Positions 57,767 through 64,000 of a stretch of 64,000 nucleotides of DNA are shown here, piece after piece. This stretch comes from Candidatus Parcubacteria bacterium (GTDB lineage: Bacteria > Patescibacteriota > Minisyncoccia > Phycocordibacterales > CAIJYI01): assembly GCA_026395595.1 (NCBI GenBank), contig JAPLYL010000003.1, positions 12,136 to 76,135 of the forward strand. Reading direction: 5' to 3'. A model generated the notes under the pieces. That model was not told where the DNA came from. It ran no database searches and was given only the letters and a program-made list of their open reading frames with translations. The position numbers were made by a program, and so were the translations under genes. Within the stretch, counting starts at the first letter, position 1. Each line of letters begins with the position of its first letter.

Positions 57767-58276
57767 CTACTCTACTTTATACAACGGTAAGAATTTGAAA
57801 AATTTCGGATATTCAGGGAGAACGCGAAATCCCAGTCCGAGTTCGCCGAGCTCTTGGTGACGAACTTCTGTTAGAGCAAAGTAATCTCCTTGTTCTTTTG
57901 CTTTCCAAAAAACTTCCGGGGTGACTTTGCAAATTACCTTTTTTTGCAGTTTGGTTTCAAACCATTTTTGCACAACGAAACGGTCTTTAAATTTTTTATA
58001 CGTCCCCATTGATGTATGAGCTGCAATAAGGGGAACAAGGTCAGCCGGTGTATCATCTCTTATGAGAATATACATTTTAAGCTGTTCCGGTTTCCATAAG
58101 TTTTGGGAGTATTGCGGTCTTGGTGGTGGTTCTGGCCATACAATGGCCGGTATGTTCCATGTGCAAGTATCGCGACGACAACCGGTACCTCCACACATTC
58201 CGCGAGACGGGTCAGTATAATAACAGTCGTGAAAACCAAAAAAACAAAGTATTTTTCCAAAGAACTTTTTAGACAT
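57767..58276 (-). CDS. PTH2-like peptidyl-tRNA hydrolase with Cys-rich N-terminal module
   Basis: LKMYILIRDD..IAAH..WF..KKVICKV. Confidence 0.6.
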   Translation of the reverse strand: MSKKFFGKILCFFGFHDCYYTDPSRGMCGGTGCRRDTCTWNIPAIVWPEPPPRPQYSQNLWKPEQLKMYILIRDDTPADLVPLIAAHTSMGTYKKFKDRFVVQKWFETKLQKKVICKVTPEVFWKAKEQGDYFALTEVRHQELGELGLGFRVLPEYPKFFKFLPLYKVE

Positions 58277-58404
58277 TTTTCTCTCCTTCCTTGCCTCGCC
58301 GTAGCTTCAGCGGTGGGTTTTGTGAAATGCTAAATAGGATATTACTATAATAACCATAGTCTGTCAACATTTCGTCATTATGGTATTTTCGTTATCATAC
58401 TCGT

Positions 58405-59835
58405 ATGGAACCAAAAGAATTTTTCAAAAACAAGAGTGTTCTCGTTGTCATTTTGGGTATTTACGGCGGGGGCGCCGCGACAGCGAAGTGGTTGTTTCAA
58501 AACGGCGCAGAGGTAACGGTGACTGATATGCGTTCGGAAAAAGAACTGGAAGAATCTATGAAATTATTTACCCCAAAAGAACGGAAGGGAATTCGTTTTG
58601 TTCTTGGAGGGCAACAGGAAGAAGATTTTTCTTCGCACGACATTATTGTCCTCGGCCCGGGCGTACCGAGAGAAAGCAAGTATCTTGCCGTGGCGAAAAA
58701 AGCAGGCAAGCAGATAGAAAATGATGCGAGCTTATTTTTTCGCTTCGTAAAAAATCCGGTAATCGCAGTAACGGGTACACGAGGGAAATCAACAACTACT
58801 TCATGGATTGCCCATATTTTATCTCACAAGTATGGAGATTTTATTCCTACCGGAAACAATCCAAAACACGCTTTTTTGAAAGAACTTTCTTTATTGAAAG
58901 ACGAAAGTCGTCCCGTTGTTGCGGAAATGTCTTCGTGGCAGCTTGAGTATTTACCTCATGCAGAAAAAGCGCCTCATATTGCCGTCATAACCAACCTCAC
59001 ACTCGATCACCTCAACCGATATCAGGGAGGAATGGAAGACTACGCCGGAGCGAAAGCCAACATTTTTAAAGACCAAACTGAAAATGATTTTCTTATTTTG
59101 AATGCTGATAATGAATGGACAAAGTTCTATCTTTCCAAAAAACCGAAAGCGAAACTCTATTATTTTTCCAAAAAACCGCTCGCGAAAGGCAAGAACGGGA
59201 TGTTTACAAAAGAGGGGAAAATGATATTCCAAAACGGAAAAGAAGGAAAAGAAATTCTTGATATAAAAAAGTTTTCCGAAACCATGGGAACCCATAATTT
59301 GGAAAATCTTTTAGCTACCGTACTTTCCATCACTCTTTTTGATCCAAAATTCCATATTACAAGAAAGATGATTGATTCACTCCCTCAAATTCCTTTTCGC
59401 CAAGAAATTATTTTTTCAAAAAACGGATTGACCATTGTGAATGACAGCGCTGGAACTTCTCCGGATGCCACAATCGCCGTTCTCCGCAGGTTTCCTAAAA
59501 ATAGCATTTTGGTTACTGGCGGAACGGATAAAGATCTGGAATTTCGCGAATTGGCGAAAGAAATAAAGGAAACACTCACCCCTGCGAAACTCATTTTATT
59601 GAACGGTTCTGCCACCAAAAAACTTATTTTGGAACTCAAGAAAATACATTTCTTCAAAGATAAAAAAATACTTCTTTTTGAAACACTGGAAGAATGCACC
59701 GATTTTGCTCTCGGAGTGCTCCCACAAAAAAAAGGAACCGTTCTCTTCTCCCCTGGCTCTGCCAGTTTTGAAAAGTTCCAAAATGAGTTTGACAGAGGCG
59801 GTAGGTTTAACGCCATCATTCAGTCACTCTTGTAA
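58405..59835 (+). CDS. murD: UDP-MurNAc-L-Ala--D-glutamate ligase
   Basis: AVTGTRGKSTT, EMSSWQL, DHLNRY, NDSAGT, SPGSASF. Confidence 0.93.
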   Translation: MEPKEFFKNKSVLVVILGIYGGGAATAKWLFQNGAEVTVTDMRSEKELEESMKLFTPKERKGIRFVLGGQQEEDFSSHDIIVLGPGVPRESKYLAVAKKAGKQIENDASLFFRFVKNPVIAVTGTRGKSTTTSWIAHILSHKYGDFIPTGNNPKHAFLKELSLLKDESRPVVAEMSSWQLEYLPHAEKAPHIAVITNLTLDHLNRYQGGMEDYAGAKANIFKDQTENDFLILNADNEWTKFYLSKKPKAKLYYFSKKPLAKGKNGMFTKEGKMIFQNGKEGKEILDIKKFSETMGTHNLENLLATVLSITLFDPKFHITRKMIDSLPQIPFRQEIIFSKNGLTIVNDSAGTSPDATIAVLRRFPKNSILVTGGTDKDLEFRELAKEIKETLTPAKLILLNGSATKKLILELKKIHFFKDKKILLFETLEECTDFALGVLPQKKGTVLFSPGSASFEKFQNEFDRGGRFNAIIQSLL

Positions 59836-59895
59836 TTTCACAATAAGCGTGGTATTGTGCGTTTAGATTATTTCATTTTATTTCGGAGGTGTCTC

Positions 59896-60787
59896 ATGAA
59901 AATACAGATCTCGGACACCGCGTCCGGTTCTCTTCATATGATCTTTGCCAGCGTATCTTTTTCGTTGATGGTGGCTTGTGTCTATCTTGCGCGAGTGCTT
60001 GATCCGAGTGTTTCGTCTGTTGTCGTCAGTTTTGTGCGAGTACTGGTCAACTTGATCATTCTGCTTATTCCGGCGATATTCGCTCGCGACATAAGGGGTC
60101 TTTTTGGGGACGGACGAGCCTCTCTTTGGTTCCGCGGATTGTTCGGCGGAATATCGCTCATGCTTTTCTTTTTTGCGATTCAGTCTATCGGCATGGCGGA
60201 ATCAACTTTTATTCAGTCAAGCAACGGAATTTTCATCGTGCTGCTCTGTCCGTTCTTCCTCTCTGAAAAGTTTTCGTTCTCGGCTCTTTTTGCGGTCTTC
60301 GGTTCTCTTATCGGGTTGTACTTTTTTGTTTGACCCGCATCTTGGCATGGCTCATTTGGTCGGAAAATCCATCGCCCTTGCCGCCGGGTTTTTTGCCGCT
60401 CTCTCCAATCTTATGGTGGCGAGAGCAGGAAGAAGCAATACCTCAGCCTGTGTTGTTTTTTATTTTTGCTTCGTTTCCGTCTTCATCCACATTCCATATT
60501 TTTGGCAATACGGATTGATTATTCCTTCCGGAACTTTTATCTGGCTGGCGATGATAGGAGCGGGATTGTTTGCCAGTATCGGACAGCTCTGTATGACCAA
60601 AGCGTACCAACTTGCGAACATAGGGAAGATGACCATTCTCGGATATTTTGCGCCTGTATTCAGTTTAGTCTGGAGCGTGCTGTTCTTTCATCAGGTGCTT
60701 ACCGCAAGGTCTCTTATCGGTTGTTTCATTATTCTTGTGTGCGGAGTATTTTTCTCTCTTCTCCGAAACGAAAAAGTTGTTTCATAA
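59896..60787 (+). pseudogene. DMT/EamA-family transporter split by a +1 frameshift
   Basis: ORFs 59896-60333 and (60104)-60787 join into one 10-TM EamA protein if the T6 run at 60322-60327 is T5. Confidence 0.8.
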
Positions 60788-60823
60788 ATCAAACTGCCCC
60801 GATAGAGGGGCAGTTTTTTCTCT

Positions 60824-61651
60824 TTATCTTCCTCGTATTCTTAGTGAAAAATCAGGGTCTTCTCCGTGTTTTTTGGCGAAATGATTGATAATATGTTTTT
60901 TTCGTATCTCTTGAAAGGGAAGTTCTGTATCTATAATGTTGAGCGCATGGATATATTGGTCGGCGTTCTCCGGAAGGATAATGCGATAGTTAAAAGGTAT
61001 TTTCCCCGGAACCACATGATTGATATGTTTTACGATATTGCCGAAGCAAGCGTTTGAGACGGAGTGATAAAATTCCGGATTTTGGGAAAGTTCGTTTGAC
61101 CTTTTAAGCATATCCGAGAAAAGTTCCTGTGATTGTTTTTTGTTAAAGCGAAGCGGATAGAGAAAAAGATTATCCTTATGATGATCCGTACGAAGGCGCA
61201 TGACATCGCGTTCATCCGCGATAACATACATGAGTTCAAATTGGCGGAAAAGACCTTTGAAGGCGGAATACTTTTCTCCTTTTTTCTTTCGTATTTCAAC
61301 GGAAATGGAAACAAAAACATCACCTTCAAATTCAAATGAAAGGAAAGTGTGCGCGGCATATTTGTATCCGGTGAAGTGGACCAGAGAGAGCCAGACTTTT
61401 TTAAGTTTGTTGAGATCGTATTCGCGGTCGTCATAACTGACGACGTAATCGGTCGCGGTTTTGTACGATACATGACGGACGTTTTTTATGAGAATTTTTC
61501 CATCGTCTTTAAACTCCGAGATTGGAAGCACTTTTTGATCAAGGCTCCAATCACGTTCTTTTAAGGGACGTTTTTTATAGAGCCAAAAAGAGACGATCAA
61601 AATGATTGCCGTGCACGCGATTAAAAAAAACTTGAGAAAAATTAAAAACAT
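60824..61651 (-). CDS. DUF4105 / Lnb N-terminal-like protein
   Basis: AHTFLSFEF, SVEIRK, FYHSVSNAC. Confidence 0.8.
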   Translation of the reverse strand: MFLIFLKFFLIACTAIILIVSFWLYKKRPLKERDWSLDQKVLPISEFKDDGKILIKNVRHVSYKTATDYVVSYDDREYDLNKLKKVWLSLVHFTGYKYAAHTFLSFEFEGDVFVSISVEIRKKKGEKYSAFKGLFRQFELMYVIADERDVMRLRTDHHKDNLFLYPLRFNKKQSQELFSDMLKRSNELSQNPEFYHSVSNACFGNIVKHINHVVPGKIPFNYRIILPENADQYIHALNIIDTELPFQEIRKKHIINHFAKKHGEDPDFSLRIRGR

Positions 61652-61655
61652 ATTT

Positions 61656-61994
61656 TTATCCGTCGCCCCACTTCCTTGTTTCGTTTATTTTGTTTTTCTC
61701 GCGAAAAGCTTTTTCCAGATCAACCTCAAAATAGTTTGCGAGATCAAGAAGATAATTCAGAACATCGGCAAATTCGTGCTCAAGATGGTGTTTTTGCCCC
61801 TTCTTGCTTTCTTTGCCTTCTTGCTCCCATTCTCCATTATAATCACGCATGGCGCGAGTAAGTTCCCCAAGCTCTTCTACGAGTCCGCTTAAAATGACGA
61901 GATTGGAATTTTTATCAAAACCGCGTTCTTTGCAAAATTCTTTTACGTTCAATTGCAAATCTGCGAGCGTTGGATTTTCTTTTAGTGTGTTCAT
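61656..61994 (-). CDS. MazG-like nucleotide pyrophosphohydrolase
   Basis: LVEELGEL..EFADVL. Confidence 0.88.
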   Translation of the reverse strand: MNTLKENPTLADLQLNVKEFCKERGFDKNSNLVILSGLVEELGELTRAMRDYNGEWEQEGKESKKGQKHHLEHEFADVLNYLLDLANYFEVDLEKAFREKNKINETRKWGDG

Positions 61995-62063
61995 ATATAT
62001 ATTAAAACAAAAAGGGAACGGATTTGCCAGTTAATCCGTTCCCGTGAATAATCGTCCTCGTTT

Positions 62064-62225
62064 TTATTCCTCGGAACGAAGGGTTTGCGTCTCTTTCATA
62101 AGGGTTCCCAGCTTCTTTTGCAGGTCGTCTATTTCTTTCTCTTTTTTCAGTATTTTCTTGATTACTTTTTCTTGCTCTTTCTGGAGATTCTGCCTCTTAA
62201 ACTCTTTTAAAATATACCGCATCAT
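62064..62225 (-). CDS. 53-aa coiled-coil small protein
   Basis: MMRYILKEFKRQNLQKEQEKVIKK..; SD GGGAG and TTGACA promoter. Confidence 0.45.
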   Translation of the reverse strand: MMRYILKEFKRQNLQKEQEKVIKKILKKEKEIDDLQKKLGTLMKETQTLRSEE

Positions 62226-62381
62226 GACGGCTCCCCGAAGTTAATTCTGTGTATATTATATATCTAATACGATATTTTGTCAAATTATTCCGGAAAGATA
62301 GCTTGACATATTTTTAGATATATAGTATGTTATATCAGGCTTTTGTTATTTTACATTATTCTATTTTCGGGAGGACGAATT

Positions 62382-63053
62382 ATGAATCTTATAGAGTTTT
62401 TGGCCTTTGTCTTGTTGTTTTTGGTCGTTTGGGTCCAATACTCAACGATTAAAGACCTCAGGAACGAGTTGACCCATGATCCGCTGACCGGTCTTCGCAT
62501 TATGCGCCATTTTGAAAAAAAATGTCTCGATGTTATGGATCGAGTGGAAAGAAAAAGGGAAGCGTCTTTGACGGCATCGCAGGAAGAACACACGGCCCAC
62601 CGGTCTCACAACCATTCTCATTGCGTTGCTTTCGTAGATTTGGACGGTCTTCAGTGGACAAACAACCATGCTGATTTTGGATACTTTGTCGGAGATCGCG
62701 TATTGGTCGCATTGGCAAACATTTTGAATCGTTGGAAACGGCAAGATGACTTGGTGGTACGCCGTTCAAAAGGCGGAGATGAATTTCTTCTGCTTTTTGC
62801 CGGATCTACCGAAGAGGAAGCGGAACGGCTTCTCTTGGAAAACAGAAGACGTTTTGAAACGGTTATCGCGAAGCGTTTTCCCGGGCTTGCCGGTAATGTC
62901 AGTTTTTCTTTCGGAGTAAGAGAAGTGAATCTTGGACAAACTGAAGACGATATCGCTCAAGCGATTGAAGCTTCCAGTAAGGTCATGCATCGTTTCAAAA
63001 CGGAACGGAAAATGGATCGTCGCATCTCTTCTCTTAAAGAAGAAGTGTCATAA
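62382..63053 (+). CDS. Membrane-anchored GGDEF-domain protein
   Basis: HDPLTGL, VDLDGL, VGDRVL, GGDEF. Confidence 0.88.
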   Translation: MNLIEFLAFVLLFLVVWVQYSTIKDLRNELTHDPLTGLRIMRHFEKKCLDVMDRVERKREASLTASQEEHTAHRSHNHSHCVAFVDLDGLQWTNNHADFGYFVGDRVLVALANILNRWKRQDDLVVRRSKGGDEFLLLFAGSTEEEAERLLLENRRRFETVIAKRFPGLAGNVSFSFGVREVNLGQTEDDIAQAIEASSKVMHRFKTERKMDRRISSLKEEVS

Positions 63054-63156
63054 AATATGGGTAAAAAGGGGGTTCTTACGAACCCCCTTTCTTTTTGTTT
63101 AAAAATAAGATATATTAGTACCAGTCAAAAGTTAAAAAGTTTAATTTTTAGAATAA

Positions 63157-63229
63157 GCCTGGTTAGCTCAGTTGGTAGAGCACGTCATTGGTAATGACGA
63201 GGTCCACAGTTCAATCCTGTGACCAGGCT
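63157..63229 (+). tRNA. tRNA-Thr(GGT)
   Basis: Cloverleaf with GCCTGGT/ACCAGGC acceptor stem, anticodon loop TTGGTAA; CCA not encoded. Confidence 0.95.
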
Positions 63230-63310
63230 CAAGACAATAGAAAAATAGTAAAATAATGAAATAGAAAATTTAAGTAGCCGATTTCCTATTTTTATATCAT
63301 TCTATTTTAG

Positions 63311-63383
63311 GCCACCTTAGCTCAGTTGGTAGAGCATCTCACTCGTAACGAGAAGGTCCCCAGTTCAATCCTGGGAGGTGGCT
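63311..63383 (+). tRNA. tRNA-Thr(CGT)
   Basis: Cloverleaf with GCCACCT/AGGTGGC acceptor stem, anticodon loop CTCGTAA; CCA not encoded. Confidence 0.92.
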
Positions 63384-63497
63384 CACAAAAAAAAGCGACG
63401 GTATTCCGGCGCTTTTTTGTTTGCACTTTTATTGAATTCATGGTACTTTGCAAACAGATATATTTGCGTCCCTAAGGAGGCCAGAGTGGACCTTGAT

Positions 63498-64000
63498 ATG
63501 AAAAAAGTTCGGAATCTCCGAATGACCGCAAGAACGATTCAATTTTTCATTCTTGCTATCGTAGCGCTTTATGCTGTCTTTTGTTTCTATTTTGTCTTGT
63601 TTGATAGTGGAACACTAGACGGAAGATTTTTTCTGTACTCTCTCGTTCCGATTCCTTTTTTTTGGTATGCGGAAATAAAAGAACGTCAGGATACGTCTCC
63701 TTTTTTGGTAAAACTTAACCGCCTTTTTGCCGGAAAAAATGTTCACATCCGCGAAGCGACCGATACGGAAAAAAAAATCGTCAAAAGCTTTTTTGATGAA
63801 AAAGGGTACGAAATGCCCCTCCTCTTTACCTGCCGCCCAACGGAAGAAGTAAATGCGTTGATCGGACATTGCCATCAAACCAAATTTCTTCTTTTTACGG
63901 AGGAAGCATACTGGAAATGTTCCCCCCAAGAGATATGGGTAATACTCGCTCATGAAGTAGGACATTTGATAAACCGGGATATATTGCTTATGGCGGTGGA
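63498..64000 (+). CDS. M48/HtpX-like membrane metallopeptidase (runs off the window end)
   Basis: Two TM segments, then VNALI..ILAHEVGH; open to the window end. Confidence 0.7.
   Translation, partial: MKKVRNLRMTARTIQFFILAIVALYAVFCFYFVLFDSGTLDGRFFLYSLVPIPFFWYAEIKERQDTSPFLVKLNRLFAGKNVHIREATDTEKKIVKSFFDEKGYEMPLLFTCRPTEEVNALIGHCHQTKFLLFTEEAYWKCSPQEIWVILAHEVGHLINRDILLMAV

Noticed and set aside
1-64000. Alternative genetic code (UGA=Gly), rRNA genes, DGR/retron or prophage structural genes
   Set aside because: Conserved genes are full length in code 11 and the prolyl oligopeptidase ends at TGA; no rRNA, reverse transcriptase, capsid or terminase signatures were seen.

Overview
A 64-kb bacterial chromosome segment in the standard genetic code. 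It is most likely from Patescibacteria/CPR (Parcubacteria-like); this is an inference from the fragmented ribosomal operons, SD-less core genes, K/A/T-rich r-protein tails and a pilin-like gene. Core content: infC-rpmI-rplT, ssrA (tmRNA), smpB, ftsH, tuf-rpsJ, rplCDWB, rpsS-rplE, fusA, murD, queH and two tRNA-Thr genes. Four accessory structures stand out. (1) Inside the S10 operon, between rplB and rpsS, three different toxin-antitoxin pairs lie in tandem, separated by two extra copies of the rplB 3' end with its terminator and -35 box. One copy differs from rplB only at synonymous sites, and no integrase is nearby. (2) A ~9.3-kb island sits in the tmRNA 3' end next to a large serine recombinase whose C-terminus is swapped by integration. 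It carries a fused EVE-like/MORC-GHKL/His-kinase protein, a receiver protein and a C5 DNA methyltransferase. (3) More att-like scars with the same GTGGA-N18-GAACC geometry precede a LexA-like gene paired with a HEPN-containing operon. (4) An NYN ribonuclease gene has a convergent small RNA with its own promoter and terminator. Several families of palindromic repeats also occur. All product calls come from motif recognition by eye; no database searches were run.
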